Assembly: GCA_945897985.1 (NCBI GenBank)
Contig: CAMDGN010000002.1
Coordinates: 1 to 44,242, forward strand
Direction: 5' to 3'
DNA: 44,242 bases
DNA from: a candidate division WWE3 bacterium
GTDB lineage: Bacteria; Patescibacteriota; WWE3; UBA101185; UBA10185
The notes under the pieces are model-generated. The model was not told where the DNA came from. It made no database searches and saw only the letters and a program-made list of their open reading frames with translations. Positions 1 to 8,958 of the stretch are shown here, piece after piece; position 1 is the first letter of the stretch; each line of letters begins with the position of its first letter. The position numbers and the translations under genes were made by a program.

Positions 1-701
1 ACTTTAGCTTCAAAGTCAGAAAGTGTTTCTCCGACAAATTTTTCAATTTCCATTATTTCTAGTTTGAACTCAATCTTGCCTTGTTCGATTTTAGAAACAC
101 TTAACATATCGTTTATAAGGCTTAGCATTCTCTCTGACGAGTTAATGGCCTTATTGACGTATTCTGCTTGTTTAGGGCTTAATGGGCCTGCTTTTTCCTC
201 TTGAAGGAGCCAAAGATAGCTTTTAATTATAGTCATAGGAGTTCTTAATTCATGCGAGGTTATTGTAATAAAATCATCTTTTGAGATCTCTGATTTTTTC
301 TCTGGAGTAACATCAGTTAGCGTTAGAACGTATTCCTCGTTGCCTGGTGTTTCTGCTGTGATAACAGATATTCTAAGATTAAAGTAGAATTCTTTATCGT
401 CGATAATTTGCATCAGGCCATTTAGGTTGATACTGGTACTATTAATAAAGTTTTTAATAGGAATTACTTTTTCGTTTTTATCTACTAAAAACAAGACTGA
501 ATCGATTTTTTTACCAATCAGATCTTGATTCTTTCCAAAGAAAATTTCGCTCTTTTTATTGGCTAAAGTAATTATAAATTTACTATTCAGGACAAAAATA
601 CTTTCTGAAATATTGTAAATTAGTTTTTGAGATTTTTTTTGAGCTATGTAGAGTTCACGATTTTTAAGATAGAGCTCTTTCTCGAGGTTAATTTTTGGCA
701 T
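1..701 (-). CDS. Soluble PAS-domain sensor histidine kinase (N-terminal part; runs off window edge)
   Basis: Own translation from ATG at 701: MPKINLEKELYLKNREL...IYNISESIFVLNSKFIITLANKKSEIFFG (PAS-like)...LTDVTPEKKSEISKDDFITITSHELRTPMTIIKSYL (H-box)...ERMLSLINDMLSVSKIEQG. Open to position 1; no TM segment. Not in the ORF track. Confidence 0.92.
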   Translation of the reverse strand, partial: MPKINLEKELYLKNRELYIAQKKSQKLIYNISESIFVLNSKFIITLANKKSEIFFGKNQDLIGKKIDSVLFLVDKNEKVIPIKNFINSTSINLNGLMQIIDDKEFYFNLRISVITAETPGNEEYVLTLTDVTPEKKSEISKDDFITITSHELRTPMTIIKSYLWLLQEEKAGPLSPKQAEYVNKAINSSERMLSLINDMLSVSKIEQGKIEFKLEIMEIEKFVGETLSDFEAK

Positions 702-725
702 AGGTTATAATTCTATCTTATTTTT

Positions 726-977
726 TTACTTTTTGAATAAATTGTGTCTTTTTATTACTTCATCACAAACTTCAACTGATGCATCCCCAAATATCTCTTC
801 GAAAGATTTAACTAGTTTTTTAAGTGCGTCAGCTGGTGAAGTTAGAATTTTAATATTATCTCCCTCGATAGTGATAACTTTTGTTGATCTAACTCTATCT
901 AGAGCGACTCGGGACCCTACAATATTTGATTGTTCTTGAATGATCTCTTTTATTATTGTACTAATTTCGTTTTTCAT
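726..977 (-). CDS. Small soluble hypothetical protein (83 aa), possible signalling adaptor
   Basis: Overlaps the upstream gene by 17 bp and ends 24 bp before the kinase. Helical pattern IIKEIIQEQSNIVG...LKKLVKSFEEIFGDASVEVC. Confidence 0.75.
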   Translation of the reverse strand: MKNEISTIIKEIIQEQSNIVGSRVALDRVRSTKVITIEGDNIKILTSPADALKKLVKSFEEIFGDASVEVCDEVIKRHNLFKK

Positions 978-1767
978 TTAAGCTATCAGGGTTTAGCATC
1001 AATACCCCATAAGTTACAAAGGAGATTGACATAAAGAATATTAAATCTGAAAGAGAGCCATTGGTTTTTTCGGTTACAAATATCTCAAACAAATTATCAG
1101 CAAAATATTGACAAAGAAGTCCAATCAAAATTAATTGAAGAGCATTCTTATACATCCCACCTAATTTCTTTGAAAAAAGAAGGATTGAAACAACATAAGT
1201 TGAAAGAAGTACACTTCCTACAATATAGAAAGTATCGATATCTAAATTAGTAAAAGATGTGAAAATATCCTGGTTTCTTATTAAACAAATTGCAATGTAA
1301 TTTAAAATCAAAATTAAAGCTGAGAGTAGTAGCAAGTTTAAATTTTTAAGAATTCCACTTAAAGTACCAATCGCTTTTGACATAAAATAAACAGCTAGAA
1401 GATACAAAGGATCAATAAGTATAAAAAAGAAGTCATAGATATTTAGAGGCGTAATGGATTTTGAGTCTAAAAAGTAAAATGTTTCTCCTATTGCCCACAT
1501 TAATAAGGCTAGAGATACAAATATGAGGGATAGTCCCATATAACTTTTAGTAAATCCCCAAAGTTTGCTTCTTTGATAACTAAGAAAGGCTCCAGCTAAG
1601 GAAATTGAGATTATAAGTCCGGCAAAAATATCTCCAAATAATTCCTGACCGTCGAACCAAATTGAGAGGTGGTAACCTCCCCAGAAAACAATAGTTGAAA
1701 TGAAGAATAGTGATACATAGAAATTAAAAGATTTTCTGGAAATTGGGGGCAAGTTTTTCTTTTTCAT
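961..1767 (-). CDS. Stand-alone multi-TM (~7 TM) membrane protein, sensor-domain-like
   Basis: 268 aa with about seven hydrophobic stretches and motifs WAIGE, YDFFF, QYFADNLF, SDLIFF, reminiscent of MASE/7TM input domains. No cytoplasmic output domain. Confidence 0.7.
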   Translation of the reverse strand: MKKKNLPPISRKSFNFYVSLFFISTIVFWGGYHLSIWFDGQELFGDIFAGLIISISLAGAFLSYQRSKLWGFTKSYMGLSLIFVSLALLMWAIGETFYFLDSKSITPLNIYDFFFILIDPLYLLAVYFMSKAIGTLSGILKNLNLLLLSALILILNYIAICLIRNQDIFTSFTNLDIDTFYIVGSVLLSTYVVSILLFSKKLGGMYKNALQLILIGLLCQYFADNLFEIFVTEKTNGSLSDLIFFMSISFVTYGVLMLNPDSLNEKRN

Positions 1768-1777
1768 ATTTTATTTA

Positions 1778-2185
1778 TTAATATATGTTATCAATAGGAT
1801 ACTTCATTCCCCTCCTAAAGTGCAAGACATCTTTATCTTTAGGTTTAAAAATTTCAGTTAAATAGGAGATAATTTTGGAGGTGTCAAATTCCTTACATGA
1901 ATAGAGGTCGATAGTTATAAAACCTCTTTTTGCAAATGTATGAATTGTGATATGAGATTCTTGGATAAAAACAGCACCGGTAAATCCGCCGGGATCTTTT
2001 CCACCGAGGATTAAATTTCCTTCTGATTTTATAATCATTGGTTCAGTTATTTTATGCATTCCCGCAAGAGTTACTAATGTATTTAAAACATCGTAACAAA
2101 TTTCCATGTTGTTGAGGGAGGAGTAGTCACAGCCGTAGGCATCAAAGATTAGATGTTCACCGAAAGCGGACGTTTTTTCGATCAT
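1778..2185 (-). CDS. speD: Pyruvoyl-dependent S-adenosylmethionine decarboxylase family proenzyme (SpeD-like)
   Basis: GEHLIFDAYGC N-terminus, self-cleavage motif ESHITIHTF, and IDLYSCKEFD. Confidence 0.85.
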   Translation of the reverse strand: MIEKTSAFGEHLIFDAYGCDYSSLNNMEICYDVLNTLVTLAGMHKITEPMIIKSEGNLILGGKDPGGFTGAVFIQESHITIHTFAKRGFITIDLYSCKEFDTSKIISYLTEIFKPKDKDVLHFRRGMKYPIDNIY

Positions 2186-2191
2186 TACAGT

Positions 2192-2197
2192 AAATTA
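2192..2197 (-). promoter_or_regulatory. Putative weak -10 element (TAATTT) 6 nt before speD ATG
   Basis: Minus strand reads TAATTT-actgta-ATG, the same spacing as other sites in the window, but it is a weak match to TATAAT. Confidence 0.35.
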
Positions 2198-2215
2198 GAT
2201 ACCAAATTTCTTGAA

Positions 2216-2243
2216 TTGTAAATACCATTTTATGTAATACAAT
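2216..2243 (+). promoter_or_regulatory. Putative sigma70 promoter (TTGTAA-N16-TACAAT) 6 nt before ATG 2250
   Basis: TACAAT at 2238-2243 followed by aaatta-ATG, in a divergent intergenic region. Confidence 0.55.
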
Positions 2244-2249
2244 AAATTA

Positions 2250-3137
2250 ATGAAAGATCTTGCCCATTTTAAAGAGAAGTCTTTAATGAAACACCACTTT
2301 GTTCCAAATAAAGATACTAAAAAAAGAGCTAGACTTTTGCATCACAAATTTTTTTATCTTTATTCTTCAGTTTTTGTAGTTTTATTTTTATTAATTAATG
2401 TTTCTAAAAGTGTAAAACCAGGTGTACTAGGTTACTCCTCAGAGATTACTGTTAGACAGCTCCTAGATGATACAAATAAAGAAAGAGATAGAAGTGGTAA
2501 AAAACCTTTAGCAATTAACGAGAAGTTATCTAAAGCCGCAAAATTAAAAGCTGATTACATGTTTGCCAAAAATTTTTGGGCTCACACCGCTCCTGATGGG
2601 ACACAGCCTTGGGAGTTTGTTTTACAAGAGGGTTACGATTATGCCTATGCGGGTGAAAACTTAGCTAGAAACTTTTACTATTCTCAAGAAGTTGTGGACG
2701 CTTGGATGAACTCACCGTCTCACAAAGAAAATTTACTGTCAGAGAATTATGATGAGGTAGGTTTTGCTGTTGAAAATGGTGTGCTTGATGGCTATGAAAC
2801 AACTTTGGTTGTTCAATTTTTTGGTCGACCGAAAAATACTGCTGCAATCACAACCAAAAGCGATCAGGAAAGATACCTCAATTCTCTAAATGAAAAAGTT
2901 TCAACCATGGGTGTTTCTACAAAAACAACCTCATCTGTTATAGATGTTCCTTCTTTGTTTAGATATGTAGCTTTCACAATACTTGGATTTGTTTTAGCTT
3001 TGTTTATTCTTGATATTTATTATTCTAGAACTAGAGGGGTTGATAAATTTACTGGCCATACTTCAGCTCATATAATGGTTCTTTTGGTGACAATGTTTAG
3101 TGTTTATATTATTTTCAAGAATGGTCATATTTTATGA
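2250..3137 (+). CDS. CAP (SCP/Tpx-1/Ag5/PR-1) domain membrane protein
   Basis: TNKER...LSKAAKLKADYM...FWAH...AGENLA...VDAWMNSPSHKENLL...EVGFAV; one N-terminal TM and two C-terminal TMs. Confidence 0.9.
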   Translation: MKDLAHFKEKSLMKHHFVPNKDTKKRARLLHHKFFYLYSSVFVVLFLLINVSKSVKPGVLGYSSEITVRQLLDDTNKERDRSGKKPLAINEKLSKAAKLKADYMFAKNFWAHTAPDGTQPWEFVLQEGYDYAYAGENLARNFYYSQEVVDAWMNSPSHKENLLSENYDEVGFAVENGVLDGYETTLVVQFFGRPKNTAAITTKSDQERYLNSLNEKVSTMGVSTKTTSSVIDVPSLFRYVAFTILGFVLALFILDIYYSRTRGVDKFTGHTSAHIMVLLVTMFSVYIIFKNGHIL

Positions 3138-3388
3138 ACTATAGAAAACATATTTTCGAGTACATATTTATAGGGGTATATTTTGCGTTCTTAATTTACT
3201 TTTTTCAGTATCTTTCATTTAGTCCTTATAGTGCCTATATTTTTTCAGCTTCTCTACCTGCATTTTATTTGCTTTGGTCATTGCTTCATCATTACTTTGA
3301 AGAAAGGCTAAATCTTAATATTTTCTTAGAATATTTGTCAATTAGCCTTTTTATCTTTATAATACTTACTACTGCCTCAAATCTATAA
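3134..3388 (+). CDS. Small hypothetical membrane protein (~3 TM)
   Basis: ATGA overlap with the CAP gene and abuts the next gene; hydrophobic; YLLWSLLHH...LEY. Confidence 0.7.
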   Translation: MNYRKHIFEYIFIGVYFAFLIYFFQYLSFSPYSAYIFSASLPAFYLLWSLLHHYFEERLNLNIFLEYLSISLFIFIILTTASNL

Positions 3389-4507
3389 ATGAAGATATCA
3401 ATAATTATTCCTACTTATAACGAAGAGGAAAACATCAAAACCCTGGTCCCTTTACTGGTTGCTAAATTTAAAGAATTTAAAAGTTATGATTTTTCCATAC
3501 TTTTTGTAGACGGTAATTCCAAAGATAAAACGGTAGTTGCAATAAAAAATTTCCAAAAAGAAATTAAAAATATATTTCTAATAGAAGAAGAGTCAAAAAC
3601 TGGTCTAGGAGGAGCTTATATTAAAGGTTACATCTATTCCATGAAAAAATTAAAAGCTGATTACGTTGTTGAAATGGATGCTGATCTGCAACATAGTCCC
3701 GATGACTTTCCAAAATTAATTTCCAAAATTAAAGAAGATTACGATTTAATTATTGGTTCCAGGTATGTTAAAGGGGGTTCTGTTCCTAAAGAGTGGGCAT
3801 TATATCGAAAATTTATTTCTTACTTTGGAAGTCTCTTTGCTAGAGTTTTGCTTAGAATTATGAAGGTAAAGGATTTTACTTCAGGATTTAGAGTAACCAA
3901 AGTTAAAGGAATTTTAGACCAGATTGATTTTACTCAAATCAAATCAAAAGGTTTTGCCTACAAGATGGATATGTTAGTTCGAATTTATGAAATGAAAGCA
4001 AGGATTGTGGAGGTTCCGATCGCGTTTGGGTTACGAGATAGGGGAACTTCCAAGATGGAGAAGAAAAACTTTAGAGATTCACTAGATGTTGTTTTATATT
4101 TTGCACTTCAGAGAAATAAAAATTTTATAAAATTCGTAATTGTTGGATTTGGTGGACTCTTTACCGATTTACTTATTTTTAACTTACTCTCTTTAAAGAT
4201 TGCTTCTTCGGCAGCTAGTTTAGTTTCAGGAATCTTCGCATTAACTTTTACATTCCTTATGAATAATTTTTGGTCCTTTAGCGAAAGACAAAAAAAGACT
4301 TTTAGAGAAATTATTCCAGTTTTTGTGATTTACGGAATTAGTTCTTATGTTCCGATTCTTTTAAGAAGTTACCTAATTCACTTTTTAGAATCTACCTATG
4401 GAGACACACTTGTTATTAGTAATATTGGTTTCTTAATCGGTGTTGTGTTTGGAATTGTTTGGAACTTTACAGTTTATAGTAAAATTATATGGAAGAAAAA
4501 ATCATGA
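3389..4507 (+). CDS. Polyprenol-phosphate glycosyltransferase (GT2, DPM1-like) fused to a C-terminal GtrA-like domain
   Basis: IIIPTYNEEEN, VDGNSKD, GLGGAY, MDADLQHSP, GSRYVKGG, DFTSGFR; then FIKFVIVG...NNFWSF...WNF (GtrA, 4 TM). Confidence 0.9.
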   Translation: MKISIIIPTYNEEENIKTLVPLLVAKFKEFKSYDFSILFVDGNSKDKTVVAIKNFQKEIKNIFLIEEESKTGLGGAYIKGYIYSMKKLKADYVVEMDADLQHSPDDFPKLISKIKEDYDLIIGSRYVKGGSVPKEWALYRKFISYFGSLFARVLLRIMKVKDFTSGFRVTKVKGILDQIDFTQIKSKGFAYKMDMLVRIYEMKARIVEVPIAFGLRDRGTSKMEKKNFRDSLDVVLYFALQRNKNFIKFVIVGFGGLFTDLLIFNLLSLKIASSAASLVSGIFALTFTFLMNNFWSFSERQKKTFREIIPVFVIYGISSYVPILLRSYLIHFLESTYGDTLVISNIGFLIGVVFGIVWNFTVYSKIIWKKKS

Positions 4508-5274
4508 AACAACATAAAGTCGACATTTCAATTGTTATACCTTGCTATAACGAAGAAGAGAGGATTATCTCTTCAATTAGCTCTGTTGTATCCTTTATGA
4601 ATTCCTTTAACCCATCGTTTGAGATTATAGTAGTTGATGATGGCTCAAAGGATAATTCTGTTACTTTATTAAAAAATTATATTTCAACTAGAGATAATAT
4701 TTATTTAATTGAAAATCCGCACAAAGGAAAAGGTTTTGCTGTTCGAACTGGCGTTTTGTTGTCAGAAGGTAAATATGTTTTGATGTCTGACGCGGATTTA
4801 GCAACACCAATTGATGAGATAAAAAGACTTCTAGTTTGGGTAGAAAATAATAACTATGATATCGCTATAGCTTCCAGAGAAGGCTTAGGTGCCTCAAGAT
4901 CCGATGAGCCTTTTATAAGACATTTAATGGGAAGAGTTTTTAACTTTTTAATTAAAATTCTTGTTGGGCTATTTTACAATGATACTCAATGCGGATTTAA
5001 GTTGATAAAAGGGGATGCAGCTAGGGATATTTTTAATAGAATGATTCTTTTCGGTGATGATGCACGAATTGTAAAATATCCAAAAGTAACTGCTTTTGAC
5101 GTTGAAGTTTTAGTAATTGCCAAAAATGACGGATTAAAAGTAAAAGAAGTTCCTGTTGCTTGGAGCTATATCCCAACTAAGCGTGTTTCAGCGATTCGAG
5201 ATTCAGTTTTAATGCTCATGGAAATTTTAAAAATAAGAATAAATGATTTATTTGGGAGATACAAAAAGAGATAG
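4504..5274 (+). CDS. Dolichyl/polyprenyl-phosphate beta-glucosyltransferase-like GT2 (ALG5-like)
   Basis: IVIPCYNEEER, DDGSKD, GKGFAVRTG, DADLATP, DTQCGFK, AFDVEVL. Start at 4504 chosen for the ATGA overlap (track start 4489). Confidence 0.88.
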   Translation: MKQHKVDISIVIPCYNEEERIISSISSVVSFMNSFNPSFEIIVVDDGSKDNSVTLLKNYISTRDNIYLIENPHKGKGFAVRTGVLLSEGKYVLMSDADLATPIDEIKRLLVWVENNNYDIAIASREGLGASRSDEPFIRHLMGRVFNFLIKILVGLFYNDTQCGFKLIKGDAARDIFNRMILFGDDARIVKYPKVTAFDVEVLVIAKNDGLKVKEVPVAWSYIPTKRVSAIRDSVLMLMEILKIRINDLFGRYKKR

Positions 5275-5286
5275 AAAGGTTTCAAT

Positions 5287-6579
5287 ATGAGAATTTGCGT
5301 AATTGGTACAGGTTATGTCGGTTTAGTTGGCTCTTCAGTTTTTGCAGACTGGGGTAATGAGGTAATTGGGGTTGATAATAATCCTGAAAAAATTAAGATG
5401 ATTGAGTCCGGAGTAATGCCTATTTTTGAACCAGGTTTAAGAGAGCTTGTTGCTAAAGGTATTTCTAGTGGTAATCTAAGATTTACTGATTCGTTAAAAG
5501 CAGGAATCAACGACGCTGAGATCATTTTTATATGCGTCGGTACACCTATGGGAGAGGACGGAAGTGCCGATTTAAAATACATTTATCAAGTTGCTGATGA
5601 GATAGCGCTTGAAATGAAAACACCTAAGATAATATCAATTAAAAGCACAGTTCCAGTTGGAACAAATAAAAAGATCAGAGAATATATTAAAAATAAAACC
5701 TCAGTAGAATTTGACTCGGTATCAGTCCCTGAATTTTTAAGAGAAGGTTCCTCAATTGAGGATATGAATCAAACCGATAGAACTGTGATTGGATCCAATA
5801 GCCCTGAAGCTATTGAGAAAGTCTCTAGGCTATTCGAACATTTAAATTCTCCTATTGTTAAATGTGACTTAGAGAGTGCGGAATTGATTAAATACGCTTC
5901 CAATTCCTTTCTAGCCACTAAAATTTCTTTTATTAACGAAATAGCTCAAATTTGCGATTTGAGTGGGGCTGATGTATCCAAGGTGGCTCAAGGTATGGGT
6001 TTGGACTCCCGAATTGGCCCTAAGTTTCTAAACGCTTCTATTGGGTATGGAGGTAGCTGTTTTCCTAAAGATGTCCAAGCTCTATACAAAACATCTAGTG
6101 ATTTAGGGTATCACTTTAATATATTAGAGAGTGTGATAAAGACTAATAAAGACCAAAAGCACTACTTTATTGAAAAAATTAAAAAAGTATACGGGGAGGG
6201 TCTTAAAGGAAAAACCGTCGCTTGCTTAGGCCTTGCCTTTAAAAATGATACCGACGATATTAGAGAATCCGTAGCAATTGAGGTCGTTCGAATTTTAAGA
6301 GATATGGGAGCTGAAATAAAAGCTTTCGATCCTGAAGCAATGCCAAATTCCAAAAAAGTACTTGGAGACTCCGGTATTACTTACTGCGCTACAAAAGAAG
6401 ATGCCGTAACGAACTCTGATTTTCTTGTGATTTTAACCGAATGGCGAGAATTTAAAGAACTCCAAGACTCAGTTCTAATTTCTGTTAAAGATAAAAATAT
6501 TTTTGATGGAAGAAACTTACTTGATAGAACTAAACTTGGTAATTTAGGAATTAATTATTATTGTATCGGTAAAAAATGA
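5287..6579 (+). CDS. ugd: UDP-glucose 6-dehydrogenase
   Basis: GTGYVG, ICVGTP, KSTVPVGT, PEFLREG, AELIKYASNSFLATKISFINE, catalytic GYGGSCFPKD, GLAFKNDTDDIRES, FDGRN. Confidence 0.95.
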   Translation: MRICVIGTGYVGLVGSSVFADWGNEVIGVDNNPEKIKMIESGVMPIFEPGLRELVAKGISSGNLRFTDSLKAGINDAEIIFICVGTPMGEDGSADLKYIYQVADEIALEMKTPKIISIKSTVPVGTNKKIREYIKNKTSVEFDSVSVPEFLREGSSIEDMNQTDRTVIGSNSPEAIEKVSRLFEHLNSPIVKCDLESAELIKYASNSFLATKISFINEIAQICDLSGADVSKVAQGMGLDSRIGPKFLNASIGYGGSCFPKDVQALYKTSSDLGYHFNILESVIKTNKDQKHYFIEKIKKVYGEGLKGKTVACLGLAFKNDTDDIRESVAIEVVRILRDMGAEIKAFDPEAMPNSKKVLGDSGITYCATKEDAVTNSDFLVILTEWREFKELQDSVLISVKDKNIFDGRNLLDRTKLGNLGINYYCIGKK

Positions 6580-7790
6580 AGAAAATTCTCTATTTTGTCC
6601 CCACCTTTTCAAATCTCTCTGAAACCTTTATTTTAAGAGAGATTGAATCTCTGGAGCAAAGAGGGAATCTTGATATACATGTAATTTCCCTTAAAGAAGG
6701 TACGGCCAGAATCCCTGATAGCCTGATCTATAAAGTGTCTTATTTTAAAGTTGATTACGCTGATCTATTGCCGGCAATTGGATTTGGTTTTAAAAACTTT
6801 AAACACATATATAAAGTCTTTAAAAAGTTTCTGAAGGAATCTGAAGATGGTTTAAAACTAAAATTAAAAAACTTTGCCAAAGGTGTTTTATACGCTTATA
6901 AATTAAGCCCTTTTGAGTATGACCAAATTCATATTCATTTTTTATCTGATATTTCAACAATTATTTCAATTTCAGCTTTAATCAACAAAAAACCCTTTAG
7001 TATTTCTGGGCATGCTAGAGATATTTTCGTTGAAGCTTCCTCGATAAATTTTAAGGTTAAGAATTCAAAATTTATAACTGTCTGCAACACTAAAGCTTTT
7101 TTAAAATGTGTTGAGTTGTCTGGAGGTAAGGGAAGAAAAAACTTAATCATGTCGTTTCACGGTGTTGATAATTCTAAATATCAATATTCCTTAAGGAAAT
7201 TTACTTCCACGGGAAACTTAAATGTTTTAACCGACGCTAGATTTACTGAAAAAAAGGGTCTAATTCCTCTCTCTAAAGCCGTTATTTCCCTAATTAAGGA
7301 TTACAACTTTGACATCAATTTTACAATCGTTGGTTTAGCTGTAACTGAAGAGCAGTTTAAACATCTAGAGGAGATTAAGAAGTTATTCAAGGATGCCCAT
7401 ATTTATGAGAGGCTATCAATCCCGGGTCATGGTAAAGGAGTTCAACAAGACGAGGTAATTGAAATCTATAAAAACGCTCAAATTTTCATTTATGCTGGAG
7501 TTGATACTCAAAGCGGGGATTCAGATGGCGTACCCAACGGCTTGCTTCAAGCAGCCTATTCTGGTTTGCCTGTAATCACAACATTATCTGGAAGTATTGC
7601 TGACTTATTTAATGAACGAAACTCCTATATTATTAAACAAGCAAGTTTCGAAGATATTATTGAAAAATTTAATTTTTTGATGCTTGATAAGGTTAGGGCG
7701 GATAAATCTGAAAAACTAAAGAAAGATGTAAGCGAGAACTTTGATCTAATTAAAAATATAACTTACCTGGAAAGTCAGCTACTAAAATAA
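6576..7790 (+). CDS. GT4 glycosyltransferase (WcaL-like)
   Basis: FSNLSETFILREI, HIHF, HARDIF, ARFTEKKG, DGVPNGLLQA...GLPVITT. Confidence 0.85.
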   Translation: MKKILYFVPTFSNLSETFILREIESLEQRGNLDIHVISLKEGTARIPDSLIYKVSYFKVDYADLLPAIGFGFKNFKHIYKVFKKFLKESEDGLKLKLKNFAKGVLYAYKLSPFEYDQIHIHFLSDISTIISISALINKKPFSISGHARDIFVEASSINFKVKNSKFITVCNTKAFLKCVELSGGKGRKNLIMSFHGVDNSKYQYSLRKFTSTGNLNVLTDARFTEKKGLIPLSKAVISLIKDYNFDINFTIVGLAVTEEQFKHLEEIKKLFKDAHIYERLSIPGHGKGVQQDEVIEIYKNAQIFIYAGVDTQSGDSDGVPNGLLQAAYSGLPVITTLSGSIADLFNERNSYIIKQASFEDIIEKFNFLMLDKVRADKSEKLKKDVSENFDLIKNITYLESQLLK

Positions 7791-8956
7791 TGAAGAAGAT
7801 TGCAATTATTACTAAAAACACTACCTTCAATAAGTACTTTGGCGGCCTTGAAGTTCATACTAAGGCATTGATTGAGAATTTAAGTTCCGATTATCAAGTA
7901 GATGTTTTTGCACCAAAGAGAGAGCTTAAAAACTTATTTGTTAAAGAGAACAACAAGAATTTCTATTTTCTTGAATGTGAGTACAAAACAGGCTTTATCT
8001 CGGATTTATCTAAAAATAATTGGTATCACGGTTTAATAACTTTTTTTGAAGAGAAATATCATGAGAATAAATATGATTTAATAATCTCTATCTCTTCTGC
8101 GGGCTACCCGATCATTCGAAATAAAGCTAAGTACAAACCAAACATTATTACAATCTGCCATGGTTCGGCTTACTCTGAATTTAAATCTTTGTACAATGAA
8201 CAGGGATTAAGTTTTAGTTTTTTTAAAAACCTTCCTTATTTTTTATATAATTACTTTTTTAAGCAGCCAGACTTCATTAGAAATTCTGACTTTGTTGTTA
8301 GTGTATCAAGCTATGTACAAGCCTCTATTGTAAAAGAAACCGGAGCCCTAGATCTTGCCAAATTCAACGTAATTCATAACGGGGCAAAACTTGAAGCATA
8401 CCAGAAAGATTTTAGTAGAACAAATTCTTTGAAAGTTCTTTTCTCCGGAAGAATTGAGAAATCAAAGGGTATCTTCATTCTGTTACAAAGTATTAAGGAT
8501 TTAAATATCAAGTTACTTATAGCCGGGGATGGTTCTATGCTTGAGCAAGCCAAACAACTTCAACTTGACTTACAGATTCAGGATAAAGTTTTATTTTTAG
8601 GTAAGTTAAACTACCCTCAGCTGACTGAGTATTATAAAGAATGTGACCTATTAGTAGCCCCTAGCCTAAGAATAGAGGGTTTCCCTATGTCTATTGTTGA
8701 AGCAATGGGTTATTACATGCCTATAATTGCAACAAAAATTGGGGGTAATGACGACGCTGTATTTGAAAATAGGAATGGGTTCTTAATATCTCCAGGAGAC
8801 GTAGATGAGCTGAAAGAGAGGATAAAGTTTTTTGATACCTATCCTGAGAAGATAAAGGAGTACGGTCTAAACTCTAGGAATCTTGCCGTCCAAAAGTTTA
8901 ATCAGGATTTTATGATAAATGAGTATAAAAATTTAATTGAAAGATTTATTATTTAG
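7790..8956 (+). CDS. GT4 glycosyltransferase
   Basis: GGLEVH, IHNG, GRIEKSKG, EGFPMSIVEAMG. Confidence 0.9.
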   Translation: MKKIAIITKNTTFNKYFGGLEVHTKALIENLSSDYQVDVFAPKRELKNLFVKENNKNFYFLECEYKTGFISDLSKNNWYHGLITFFEEKYHENKYDLIISISSAGYPIIRNKAKYKPNIITICHGSAYSEFKSLYNEQGLSFSFFKNLPYFLYNYFFKQPDFIRNSDFVVSVSSYVQASIVKETGALDLAKFNVIHNGAKLEAYQKDFSRTNSLKVLFSGRIEKSKGIFILLQSIKDLNIKLLIAGDGSMLEQAKQLQLDLQIQDKVLFLGKLNYPQLTEYYKECDLLVAPSLRIEGFPMSIVEAMGYYMPIIATKIGGNDDAVFENRNGFLISPGDVDELKERIKFFDTYPEKIKEYGLNSRNLAVQKFNQDFMINEYKNLIERFII

Positions 8957-8958
8957 CT

